Below are positions 47,107 to 56,064 of a stretch of DNA of 64,000 nt, one piece after another. The DNA is from Patescibacteria group bacterium UBA6017. GTDB taxonomy: Bacteria; Patescibacteriota; Saccharimonadia; UBA4664. Each line of letters opens with the position of its first letter. Position 1 is the stretch's first letter. The notes beneath the pieces are model-generated. The model saw only the letters and a list, made by a program, of their open reading frames with translations, did not search any database and was not told where the DNA came from. The position numbers and the translations under genes were made by a program. The DNA lies in contig DIZX01000015.1 of the NCBI GenBank assembly GCA_002429485.1, positions 187,073 through 251,072 of the forward strand. Direction: 5' to 3'.

Positions 47107-47451
47107 CTAAAAGTTCCCCGAAATAAACGTAACTGCGGCATACGACATAATAATTAATATTAGGCCCGTTACCGTATTGATGAGGATTTCTTTCGCCCGT
47201 TTCACCCTGGACGGATCTCCTGTCGAGGTAATGTAGTAAATTGCCGCCACTAATATTGCAATGATCGCCAGCGAACCGGATATCGCAATCAAAATTCGCA
47301 TTATGTTCCCGATAATCTTTGCAACCTCTGTCAGTGAGGAAATCTGAATTTCATTCTTCGAATTACACAGGCCGTCGTAAAGACTCGGAAGCACCCCGTG
47401 CGTGGTACCGCAGTCCGCGGCGGCCATATGAAATAGCTGCAAAAAGATCAT
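47107..47451 (-). CDS. T4SS pilin-like protein, paralog 4
   Basis: Cys pair (ADCG...GLCNS); core IYYITSTGDPSRVKRAKEILINTVTGLILIIMSYAAV. Its start abuts the stop of paralog 5. Confidence 0.55.
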   Translation of the reverse strand: MIFLQLFHMAAADCGTTHGVLPSLYDGLCNSKNEIQISSLTEVAKIIGNIMRILIAISGSLAIIAILVAAIYYITSTGDPSRVKRAKEILINTVTGLILIIMSYAAVTFISGNF

Positions 47452-47928
47452 CTACAGCAACCCTCCGGGTACCAGGAAGTTCAAGATCGCCACCATCATC
47501 AAGTAGAGTACCAGCGCGGTAACGGCGTTCATTATTCGTCCCTTAGCGTTCTTCACGTTCGACGGATCGCCGCCCGAAACAATGTACTGAACACCCGCGA
47601 TCACCAGGACCAATATAATTATCCCGCCAATCAGGCTGTTTACCAGAAAAAGTATCTGCTTAAGGTAAAAAATGATTGCTCCGCCGGTCTTGGGATCGTT
47701 CGGAACCTCCACCTGACCCGACTTGCATGATCCCTGAGATCCACCGGCTGCGATCGGCAGCGCTAAACAGACCGGACCGCCGCCCCCGGTAATATCGGCC
47801 GGCGCCTTTGCTGCGGCGCCCACTTCAGCTGGCACCACATACGCTTGGCTACCCAAAACAACAACGTCCAGTGGCGCCGATACAACAGCCGCAAACGCAA
47901 CAAACAGGAATAAACTTAAGCGCTTCAT
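47452..47928 (-). CDS. T4SS pilin-like protein, paralog 5 (first gene of the pilin operon)
   Basis: Signal peptide, Cys pair (PVCLAL...GSCKSG); core VQYIVSGGDPSNVKNAKGRIMNAVTALVLYLMMVAIL. Confidence 0.55.
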   Translation of the reverse strand: MKRLSLFLFVAFAAVVSAPLDVVVLGSQAYVVPAEVGAAAKAPADITGGGGPVCLALPIAAGGSQGSCKSGQVEVPNDPKTGGAIIFYLKQILFLVNSLIGGIIILVLVIAGVQYIVSGGDPSNVKNAKGRIMNAVTALVLYLMMVAILNFLVPGGLL

Positions 47929-47935
47929 TAGGTGT

Positions 47936-47965
47936 ATTGTACCGACCCGCCCACCTAAAAGTCAA
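47936..47965 (-). promoter_or_regulatory. promoter for the pilin operon: TTGACT-18 nt-TACAAT with the -10 ending 7 nt before the ATG (probably leaderless)
   Basis: On the minus strand: TTGACT tttaggtgggcgggtcgg TACAAT acaccta ATG. Confidence 0.5.
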
Positions 47966-48002
47966 AAACTCTAATGCTTTGAACGCGGAGGTTATTTAAG
48001 AT

Positions 48003-48037
48003 TTGACTTCATTTATATAGCATAAGCGTTGTACAAT
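48003..48037 (+). promoter_or_regulatory. promoter for the T4SS structural operon: extended -10 TGTACAAT ending 7 nt before ATG 48045 (probably leaderless); weak -35
   Basis: TTGACT at 48003-48008 (23-nt spacer, so a weak -35) and TGTACAAT at 48030-48037. The 13-nt motif TAGCATAAGCGTT at 48018-48030 is also present at 46431-46443. Confidence 0.45.
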
Positions 48038-48044
48038 ATGACAC

Positions 48045-51000
48045 ATGAGACGTAGGTGGTTCGGAATATTCCTCATGGCGTGGGCGTTTATGTCCCCACT
48101 GTTTGCGTTCGCCCCGGCGGCAGAAGCCGCCCCGCCCTCCGAGTGCCACTGGACTGACCCAAACCACATCGTTTGTGATGGCACCAGCACCTACACCAAG
48201 ACTGCATTCCAAAATACAACCATCTACCGATCGGATATAAGCCACTTTATTGCAAATATCAACGCCGCCCATACGGCTGGAACATTCACCGAAATCACCC
48301 AATCGCCCCAGACGGCCAATACATACCCGATGGCGCTTGGCAGCCCGGCTAATGCCACAACTACACCCAAAAATCCGCCGTCTACCTCCCTTGCCTGCTC
48401 CTGGACAGACAAAACACTCATTCAGTGCGGCACCGAACAATTTAAATTTATTCATATAGCAGCGCAAAACCAAGATCGCTGGGTCAATAGTGCCACCAGC
48501 TTCATTGCCAACGTATCGGCCAACAAGACCGCCGCCACCCATTACACCATGCTTCAATCGGGATTGCCCGGACCTACCAATCCGGTCACCCTTAGCAATC
48601 CGGCCAACGCCACCAAAAACCCAGCTGCTCCTGGCGGAGGTCCAACCGCCGATAAACCCGTCAACTGTGAAGCAGGCGCCTTCACTTGGCTCGTCTGCGG
48701 CAGCATCAAAATCCTCGTCGGTGTCGTCGACACCATTACTAACGATGTTATCGTTCCGTTCCTCAAAGAACCCCCGCTCGACAAAAACCAAAAAGAATTT
48801 GCCCCAGTCTATGCCATCTGGTCAGCATTTCGAAACGTTGCCAGCGTCTTCTTCATCCTCGTCTTCTTCCTGGTGATTATCGGCACCGCCCTCGGCTTCG
48901 ACAACTACACCATTAAGAAGGTTCTCCCGCACCTGGTAGCAGGCGCCATTTTGATGCCGTTCTCGTGGTATCTATGTGCCTTTTTGGTCGATATCGGCAA
49001 TGTGCTTGGCCAAGGCATCGTCGTACTCATGACTAATATTATTATTATCGGCACGCCCAAAGTAGATCTCACCTCGAATTTCACCACCTTATTCCTCGGT
49101 GTCGGCGGGGGAGTAGGCACTTTCGCATTAATCGGTGCCGCAACCATCCTGGGGTTCTGCGCCATAATCTCGCTGCTAATTGCCTTCGCCGGCGTATTTC
49201 TGACCCTGGTATTCCGCAAAATATTAATTCTGTTTCTGATCATCATCAGCCCGTTTGCCCTCCTGGCCTGGGTCCTGCCCAACACCGAGAAGTGGTTCAA
49301 AGAATGGTGGCAAAACTTCCTCAAGCTCGTTATGCTCTATCCCATCATCATGATGCTGATCGAGGTTGGCCGTCTGTTCTCCGCCACTGCCACCGCCGCC
49401 TCCCCCGGCGCCATCTGTGCCGCCGGCGATACGGCCTGTCAGGCGACAGCCTGGGTAGCACCATTCTTCGCCATCGCCGGACTCACCGTCCCGCTCTTTA
49501 TCATCCCGTTTGCCTTCAAGTTTGCCGGCAAGGGTCTCGCGGCGGGCAGCGGCGCCATCAACAAGCTTGGCGGCGGCATCGACAAGAAATACGGAAAGGA
49601 CAGCGCCCTCGCCAAGGACCTCGCCGAAGGGCGCCAGCGCAAGAATGTGGCAGCTGCCAAGATTGCCGAAAGCAACGCCAAGAGCGCTCATGGCCTTCAC
49701 AAGACCGCCCTGAACCGCAAAGCCGCCATGAACTGGCGCCGAGCCGGGTTGGCGGGCAGTACCGGCAGCGCCAAGCTGAGGCGCGGTGAGGCCGTCGGCA
49801 AAGCTGATAAAGAATTAAGTACGATTGATGCCGATAACCGTATGTCCAAAGAAGCAGATCCGGAAGACTTCCGGCAGCGCCGCCTCTCCACCACGCAGAG
49901 CATCCTCGACGAGAAGGCTGCCAACCGCGGTGCCCGCCAAGGTGTATTAGAAGGTTACAATGGCGCGGGCGCTCCAGGCGCACGAGACAAGCAGCACCAG
50001 GCTCGCATCAACTCCCGCGACAATTATCTGGCTGCAGCCGGAAAAGCCAAGGGCGAGATCGAAGACGACGCTCTCAACGAACGCGAACGAGTCAATCGCA
50101 CCGGCAATTACGTCAGCCCATCCATGAAAATGGCCGCCGCTCACGATACAGCCGCCCTTTCGGCCTCGGATGCTCGCGGAACAGCCAGAGGCATCGTTGA
50201 GGGCGGGGCTGAGGCTGAGCGTATCATTCAAAGTCAAACCGGCTTAAACGCCGCTGATGCCCGCGATCTTCGGCTCCGTAATGTAGCTAAAGCCAAAAGC
50301 AACATCCAAAGCGCTTCGGCAGTCACGACCCAACAAACTGCTAACACCAATGTAACCGCCAATGCCGAGCTCGATCGCCAGCAGATCGCAGCCGCCGGCG
50401 GCCATATGTCCCCCCAGCAAGCCCGCAGTCTACGTATGCAGAACCTATCCGCCGCCACTCACTCTCAAGAGCGTGAAAAGATTGGTGCCGCCGAAGGTCA
50501 GATCGATGCCCGAAATGCCATCACCGCCTCCGCCGGCCAGGAAAACATGGGCCGCCTGGTAACTGGTGAGCGGATGGCCGCCCGCGAGCAGCTCTCCAGC
50601 GCCCGGACCTTGCGCGAAGCCCGCGCCGACTTCCAAGCCACTCCCGAAGGCTATATGTCGACCGCTGACTCACTCAAGGCCAGCCGTTTGGAAGCCAACA
50701 AGCGTATAGGTGCCAGCATAGGCGCCCAAAAACAAGAGATCGCCCAGGAGCAGGAAGATATCGCCAAAGCCCTGCGCGACGGTAACCCTGCCCCCAGACT
50801 GGCCGACCACGTAATCGCCGGCACCGAAGCCGCCAAATCTAAGACCGCTCAAGACTCCGCCCAGCGCCTGGCCGCCGTCAACGCCGTCCGTACCGGCACC
50901 GCTGCCAGCACCAGACAGCACACCGACGCCGCCGTCTATACGGCCGAGCGCAGCACCGCCATCGCCGACGCCGCCGTCAAAGCCACCGCCAGCGCCGTTA

Positions 51001-52586
51001 ACGCCCAAATCGCCGCCGTTGCCGGGGAGAAGGGCTTATCTACAGCCGCCGCCGCCCAAGCCGTCCGCACCGATAATCTCAAAGTCGCTGCGCGCGCCAA
51101 AGAAATAACTACGAACGCAGAATTTGCTACTACTCCCGCAAAAGACAGAGGCGTCATCAAGGCGTATGAAGCCGCCATCGAACAGGCCCGAGAAGCCCCC
51201 CTCCGAAAAGCCAAGGTAGCAGCCTTTGAGCGTGCCGATGAAAATGCCCGCACCGACACCTATGAACAGTCCTATCAAATCGCAAAAGCCGCCAAAATGA
51301 CGGACAAGGCAGGCAAGATCGTGAAAGACGCCGCAGGCAACGAGGTTCTCAAGTTCACCGAAGGCGAAGCCCGAGACTATGCCGCAAAAGCCAGAGATAC
51401 GCTCGGCGCCGAAAGGGGCCAAAAAGCTGGTCGCGAGGCAGCCGACAAAATCACAGCCGTAGGCAAGTTGAATTCCGCAGATGCCGAACGAGCCGTGATC
51501 GCATCCTCCGCAACAGCCGCAGAAGAATTAGCCATGCGCACAGAAGCCTCCTCGCAAGCCCAAACTGCCGCCCTCAATCAGGCCGTTGAATCGTCTGCCA
51601 CAAAACTCGATGCTAGAGAGCGCCTAGCCGTCCAGACCGAAGGTTCCGTTGCAACACTAGCTGCCGAATCTGGAGCCGCCAGAGCCCGCTACGACCTTAC
51701 TCGTCCCGGACAATCGTTAAACCAATCCTATCAAGCTGCCGAAGACCACGTAGTAAAGTCCGAACGGCTAAAAATAATAGGTGATCGCGTCGAAAAAGCC
51801 GGCAATGAAGACTTTACCTTTATGGGCAAAGACGGAGTGCCACACTCCGACAGTGTCAAAAACGCCGACTTAGGCCCAGACGGCGTCAAAGCCCAGGACG
51901 ATGAAATCAGGAGGTTGCTCAAAGATGGTTACCAAGACCCCGAAAACGAAGATCGCGCCCTCGCGCTCGTAGGCAGACTGTCGTTAACGGGCAGCGGCAG
52001 AGAAAGAGTTCGCGCAATTCAACGTGACCTATTTGGAAGAACTGAAGACCAATTGATCGATCCCACCAGATTTAAGGGCCGGGCCAGTGAGCTCTGGGAG
52101 ATCGTGCAGTCAAAAAACAAATCTGATGTATCCAAGGACTTCTTCATGCCCGAACCTGCCGCCTATGACGGCTACAGCTCATCCGAGTTTGGTCGCTCTG
52201 GTTGGGGAGAAAAGAAAAATTACTTCGAATTCGCCAAAAGAGTAGACAAAGATAATATTTACGACGAATCTACTCGAAATATCCAACAAGCCCTAACCAA
52301 CGCTCAAGTTACAAAGGAACTGAATTCCGATGACTACGCTCAAATGTGGATCTATATGCAAGACCCCAAGGCCCTAACTGCTCTGGCCACACGAGACACA
52401 GACGCAGGGAAAGGCAAAACAGGCCTCGACATCGTAAAGAAGATATATGCGTCAGGTGGCGCGGCTGAAGCCGAAAAGAGATGGTTAGAAAAACAAGGCG
52501 GCGACCCAAGCAGGAATATTCTCAAACAATACGCAGATTCTGGCTTCACTGTTTTACCGCCAGTGCCACCCCCTCCGACCCCCTAG
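48045..52586 (+). CDS. VirB6/TrbL-like T4SS inner-membrane protein with an N-terminal Cys-pair repeat domain and an about 1000-aa Ala/Lys/Glu-rich C-terminal extension
   Basis: 1513 aa. It has a signal peptide; three C-x9-C motifs (CHWTDPNHIVCDG, CSWTDKTLIQCGT, CEAGAFTWLVCGS); a polytopic core of about 8 TM helices between residues 230 and 500; then a low-complexity Ala-rich helical tail. Confidence 0.7.
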   Translation: MRRRWFGIFLMAWAFMSPLFAFAPAAEAAPPSECHWTDPNHIVCDGTSTYTKTAFQNTTIYRSDISHFIANINAAHTAGTFTEITQSPQTANTYPMALGSPANATTTPKNPPSTSLACSWTDKTLIQCGTEQFKFIHIAAQNQDRWVNSATSFIANVSANKTAATHYTMLQSGLPGPTNPVTLSNPANATKNPAAPGGGPTADKPVNCEAGAFTWLVCGSIKILVGVVDTITNDVIVPFLKEPPLDKNQKEFAPVYAIWSAFRNVASVFFILVFFLVIIGTALGFDNYTIKKVLPHLVAGAILMPFSWYLCAFLVDIGNVLGQGIVVLMTNIIIIGTPKVDLTSNFTTLFLGVGGGVGTFALIGAATILGFCAIISLLIAFAGVFLTLVFRKILILFLIIISPFALLAWVLPNTEKWFKEWWQNFLKLVMLYPIIMMLIEVGRLFSATATAASPGAICAAGDTACQATAWVAPFFAIAGLTVPLFIIPFAFKFAGKGLAAGSGAINKLGGGIDKKYGKDSALAKDLAEGRQRKNVAAAKIAESNAKSAHGLHKTALNRKAAMNWRRAGLAGSTGSAKLRRGEAVGKADKELSTIDADNRMSKEADPEDFRQRRLSTTQSILDEKAANRGARQGVLEGYNGAGAPGARDKQHQARINSRDNYLAAAGKAKGEIEDDALNERERVNRTGNYVSPSMKMAAAHDTAALSASDARGTARGIVEGGAEAERIIQSQTGLNAADARDLRLRNVAKAKSNIQSASAVTTQQTANTNVTANAELDRQQIAAAGGHMSPQQARSLRMQNLSAATHSQEREKIGAAEGQIDARNAITASAGQENMGRLVTGERMAAREQLSSARTLREARADFQATPEGYMSTADSLKASRLEANKRIGASIGAQKQEIAQEQEDIAKALRDGNPAPRLADHVIAGTEAAKSKTAQDSAQRLAAVNAVRTGTAASTRQHTDAAVYTAERSTAIADAAVKATASAVNAQIAAVAGEKGLSTAAAAQAVRTDNLKVAARAKEITTNAEFATTPAKDRGVIKAYEAAIEQAREAPLRKAKVAAFERADENARTDTYEQSYQIAKAAKMTDKAGKIVKDAAGNEVLKFTEGEARDYAAKARDTLGAERGQKAGREAADKITAVGKLNSADAERAVIASSATAAEELAMRTEASSQAQTAALNQAVESSATKLDARERLAVQTEGSVATLAAESGAARARYDLTRPGQSLNQSYQAAEDHVVKSERLKIIGDRVEKAGNEDFTFMGKDGVPHSDSVKNADLGPDGVKAQDDEIRRLLKDGYQDPENEDRALALVGRLSLTGSGRERVRAIQRDLFGRTEDQLIDPTRFKGRASELWEIVQSKNKSDVSKDFFMPEPAAYDGYSSSEFGRSGWGEKKNYFEFAKRVDKDNIYDESTRNIQQALTNAQVTKELNSDDYAQMWIYMQDPKALTALATRDTDAGKGKTGLDIVKKIYASGGAAEAEKRWLEKQGGDPSRNILKQYADSGFTVLPPVPPPPTP

Positions 52587-52659
52587 CCCTCTAGCCCTCT
52601 AGCCCGCCGACCCATATTAGCGTAAGCTTAATGTGAGATAGAGGTGGAGTTCCCGAAAC

Positions 52660-53469
52660 ATGGGCCAGTATAAGGTGCCGCAAAACGTAGAGGCCGAGGA
52701 CAAGATTCTTGGCCCGTTAACTTTCAAGGAGTTTATCTACTTCTTGATGGGTTTTGGTTGGGCCGCGCTGAGCTTTGCCATCTTCCGTCAAATTCCCGTC
52801 CTCATGGTCGTCATCGGCTTTCCGCCCACCACGCTATTGCTGCTGCTGGCCTTCTACAACCGCGACGGCCAAAGCTTTGAGCAGCTCCTGGTAGCCATGG
52901 TGGGTTTCTTTGCCACCTCCCGCCGCCGCGCCTGGTCCAAAGATGACATCATCGAAACCTTCCACGTGGAGGCCACCGTCATCGCCGCCGAGGCCACCCA
53001 GCGCAATTCGGCCGAAGTCCGCGGTGAGCTCGAAAAACTCGCCAACCTCATCGATTCCCGCGGCTGGAACCACCCCCAGGAGCCCGAACCCTCACAGATC
53101 ATGCCATCTATCGCCCACACCGACCGCATCGTGCCCACGCCGCCGCCAACCCCCGGTGAAGTACCCACCGATATCCTCGACCTGCAGCAAAGTCCGCTGG
53201 CCCAAAACCTTGCCGAGCTACTACGCGCGGCAGCCGAAGACGTTCGCGAAGAGGCTATCCAGCAAATGGCCGGCAAGCCAGTCCGGCCCGTAAAAGGCGC
53301 TCCAGCCCCCACAAGCATAAGCGGCGTGACAGCCGCGTCGCCGAACGATATACTTCAATTAGCAACGCAGAGTGATGAGTTAAGTGTGACGCAGATTGCC
53401 GCCCAGGCCACCCGCCGGGTTGCGCTGCCAAACGGACAAACCTTGGAGATTCCCGTCAATGGCAGCTAA
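52660..53469 (+). CDS. PrgI-family (VirB3-like) T4SS membrane protein
   Basis: N-terminus KVPQNVEAEDKILGPLTFKEFIYFLMGFGWAALSFAIF matches the PrgI-family pattern (VPKDI..YEEK..GLT.RQ), followed by two TM helices. It overlaps the next gene by 11 nt. Confidence 0.65.
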   Translation: MGQYKVPQNVEAEDKILGPLTFKEFIYFLMGFGWAALSFAIFRQIPVLMVVIGFPPTTLLLLLAFYNRDGQSFEQLLVAMVGFFATSRRRAWSKDDIIETFHVEATVIAAEATQRNSAEVRGELEKLANLIDSRGWNHPQEPEPSQIMPSIAHTDRIVPTPPPTPGEVPTDILDLQQSPLAQNLAELLRAAAEDVREEAIQQMAGKPVRPVKGAPAPTSISGVTAASPNDILQLATQSDELSVTQIAAQATRRVALPNGQTLEIPVNGS

Positions 53470-54193
53470 CGCCAATACACATTCCGGTAAAAGCGCCCAA
53501 GATACCCTCCTGATCGCCGAGATCAAGGATGGCATCGTGGTCATGAAAGATGGCTCCCTCCGAGGCGTTATTCTCAGCAGCGCCATCAACTTCGACCTCA
53601 TGAGTCCCAGCGAGCAAGAGGCCGTCGAATCAGCCTATCAGGGCTTCCTCAACTCGCTGCATTTCCCCGTACAAATCTCCATTAAGAGCCAAAAAATCGA
53701 TATCACCGGCTACCTCGAGAAGCTCGATGCGCTCCGTGCTGAGCAACCCAATGAGCTCCTTGGCGTCCTGATGGACGACTACATCGCCAACATTCGCGCC
53801 CTCGTGGAAGAGGTCAATATTATGGACAAGCAGTTCTACGTGGTCATCCCGTATTTCCCCCCGTCCGCCGTTCAAAAAAGCAACAGCCTGATCGATAAGC
53901 TCAAAGGCGCCTTTGAATCCACCCCGATGATTACCGTCAGCGAGGAAGATTTCAAGAAGAACAAAACCGAGCTCTCGCAAAGAATGGCTCTGGCCGCCAA
54001 CGGCATGACCCAAATGGGCGTCCGCGCCATCTCGCTCGGCACCCAAGAGTTGGTTGACCTTTACTATTCCTGGTACAACCCCGACGTCGCCGTCAACCAA
54101 AAACTCATCGACACCTCACAGCTCGGCACGCCAGCCGTCACCAAGGGAGTCGGCTCCGCGCCGCGCGGCCCGCTACCGGGAGCACCACTGTAA
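53459..54193 (+). CDS. VirB4 N-terminal domain protein (split VirB4, part 1)
   Basis: IAEIKDGIVVMKDGSLRGVILSSAINFDLMSPSEQEAVESAYQGFLNSLHFPVQISIKSQKID is a typical VirB4/TraE N-domain. It ends at TAATG, which overlaps the next ATG. Confidence 0.7.
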   Translation: MAANANTHSGKSAQDTLLIAEIKDGIVVMKDGSLRGVILSSAINFDLMSPSEQEAVESAYQGFLNSLHFPVQISIKSQKIDITGYLEKLDALRAEQPNELLGVLMDDYIANIRALVEEVNIMDKQFYVVIPYFPPSAVQKSNSLIDKLKGAFESTPMITVSEEDFKKNKTELSQRMALAANGMTQMGVRAISLGTQELVDLYYSWYNPDVAVNQKLIDTSQLGTPAVTKGVGSAPRGPLPGAPL

Positions 54194-56064
54194 TGGGACT
54201 ATTTGGGAAAAAACCTGCTGCCACCGTCGACCAAGCTCAACTCGAACAGATGCAAAAATCGATGGAGTCTCGCGAAGCTGAGCTCATTTACCGTCAAGGT
54301 ATCGTCACCATGCGCGACCTCATCGCGCCGCCCTCAATCGAGGTGGAATCGGCCTATCTTCGCCTTGGCAAGCGCTACTGCAAGACTATCTATGTTTATG
54401 GCTACCCCCGCCAAGTTTTCACGGGCTGGTTATCGCCCATTATTAACCTCGACGAACTCGTCGATCTCTCGCTCTTTATCTACCCAGTCGAGAGCCAAGT
54501 GGTACTCACCAACCTCCGCCGCAAAATGGGCCAGCTCGAGGCCAGCTACAGTATCAACCAAGAAAAAGGCCTCGTTCGCGACCCTGGCCTAGAGGCCGCC
54601 ATTCAAGATGCCGAAGAACTCCGCGACAAGCTGCAAGTAGGGGAGGAGCGCTTCTTCCGTTTTGGACTTTACCTCACCATGTACGCTGACACGCTGGACA
54701 ACCTCAACCAAACCACGCGCAAGATTGAAGGTATCTTCGGTCAGTCACTGGTCTATACCAAACCCACCACTATGCAGATGGAACAGGGCTTCAACTCCAC
54801 CACCCCGCTCGGAACCGATCAGATGCAGATCAGCCGCAACATGAACACCGGCGCGCTCTCCACGAGCTTCCCCTTTACCTCCTCCGAACTCTCCCGCAAT
54901 GAAGGCATCCTTTATGGCCTCAACCGGCACAACAACGGCCTGGTACTCTTCGACCGGTTCAGCCTCGAAAACGCCAACATGGTGGTGTTCGCCAAGTCCG
55001 GCGCCGGTAAATCCTTCGCCATCAAGCTGGAGGCCCTGCGTAGCCTCATGATGGGCGTCGAATGCATCATTATTGACCCGGAAGACGAGTACAAGCCCCT
55101 CTGTGAGGCCGTCGGTGGAACCTACCTGCGCCTCAGCCTGGCCTCCAAGACTCGCATCAATCCCTTCGACCTTCCGCGCGTGTTCGACCAAGACGAGGCC
55201 GATAACGCTCTGCAGGCCAACATCATCTCGCTCCACGGCCTCCTGCGCCTCATGATGGGCGGCGCCACCGTCAATACCTCTACCGGCGCCACGCTGTCCT
55301 CGCCGCTTTCACCCGGCGAAGAAGCCGATCTGGATGCCGCCATCATCAACACCTACGCCCGCGCCGGCATCACCCGCGACCCGCTCACCCACAGCGCCAC
55401 CCCGCCCACCATGAACGACCTCTACAACACCCTCGCCTCCATGACCGGCACCGGCCCCGGCCTCGCCCAGCGCCTCCGCCAGTACACCACTGGCACCTTC
55501 TCTGGCATCTTCTCCGAACAATCCAACGTTGAGCTCGACAACCCCTTCCTGGTCTTCAACATCCGCGATCTCGAAGACGCCCTCCGCCCCGTCGGCATGT
55601 ACATTGTCCTCAACTACATCTGGAATAAAGTTAAATCCGACCGCCGCAAGCGCCTGCTCATTATTGACGAGGCCTGGCAGCTCATGAAGTACGACGATTC
55701 TGCCAACTTCATGTTCTCGCTCGCCAAACGCGCCCGCAAATACTACCTCGGCCTCACCACCATCTCGCAGGACGTCGAAGACTTCCTCGGCAGCAAGATG
55801 GGCCGCGCCGTGGTGGCCAACTCCTCCCTCCAGCTGCTGCTCAAGCAGGCCCCCAGCGCCACCGACATCATCGCCGAAACTTTCAAGCTCACCCAAGAAG
55901 AAAAGAACCGCCTCAGCCAATTCCCGGTGGGCGAGGGCCTATTCTTTGCCGGCCTCAACCATGTCATCATCCGCATCTTAGCGTCCGATACCGAGACCCA
56001 GCTCATATCAACTAATCCCGGCGGTACCAAAACCCCTCCGCCGACCGGAGGTGAGGCTCAATAA
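54193..56064 (+). CDS. VirB4-family T4SS ATPase (CagE/TrbE/VirB domain; split VirB4, part 2)
   Basis: Walker A VVFAKSGAGKSF, Walker B LLIIDEAWQLM, and the central motif YVYGYPRQVFTGWLSPII...DLSLFIYPV. Confidence 0.9.
   Translation: MGLFGKKPAATVDQAQLEQMQKSMESREAELIYRQGIVTMRDLIAPPSIEVESAYLRLGKRYCKTIYVYGYPRQVFTGWLSPIINLDELVDLSLFIYPVESQVVLTNLRRKMGQLEASYSINQEKGLVRDPGLEAAIQDAEELRDKLQVGEERFFRFGLYLTMYADTLDNLNQTTRKIEGIFGQSLVYTKPTTMQMEQGFNSTTPLGTDQMQISRNMNTGALSTSFPFTSSELSRNEGILYGLNRHNNGLVLFDRFSLENANMVVFAKSGAGKSFAIKLEALRSLMMGVECIIIDPEDEYKPLCEAVGGTYLRLSLASKTRINPFDLPRVFDQDEADNALQANIISLHGLLRLMMGGATVNTSTGATLSSPLSPGEEADLDAAIINTYARAGITRDPLTHSATPPTMNDLYNTLASMTGTGPGLAQRLRQYTTGTFSGIFSEQSNVELDNPFLVFNIRDLEDALRPVGMYIVLNYIWNKVKSDRRKRLLIIDEAWQLMKYDDSANFMFSLAKRARKYYLGLTTISQDVEDFLGSKMGRAVVANSSLQLLLKQAPSATDIIAETFKLTQEEKNRLSQFPVGEGLFFAGLNHVIIRILASDTETQLISTNPGGTKTPPPTGGEAQ

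Noticed and set aside
48009-48791. 260-aa minus-strand ORF overlapping the start of the VirB6-like gene
   Set aside because: It is antisense to a gene with strong signal-peptide, repeat and TM structure, has Gly/Arg-rich junk composition, and would run through the divergent promoters.
52587-52620. Short tandem CCCTCTAGCCCTCTAGCCC repeat
   Set aside because: It is a single short duplication in an intergenic spacer with no spacer-repeat periodicity, so it is not a CRISPR array. No cas genes occur in the window.
54745-55920. Minus-strand ORFs inside the VirB4 ATPase gene (54745-55236, 55309-55920)
   Set aside because: They are antisense to an ATPase with intact Walker motifs, and their composition is Gly/Ala/Glu-rich junk.
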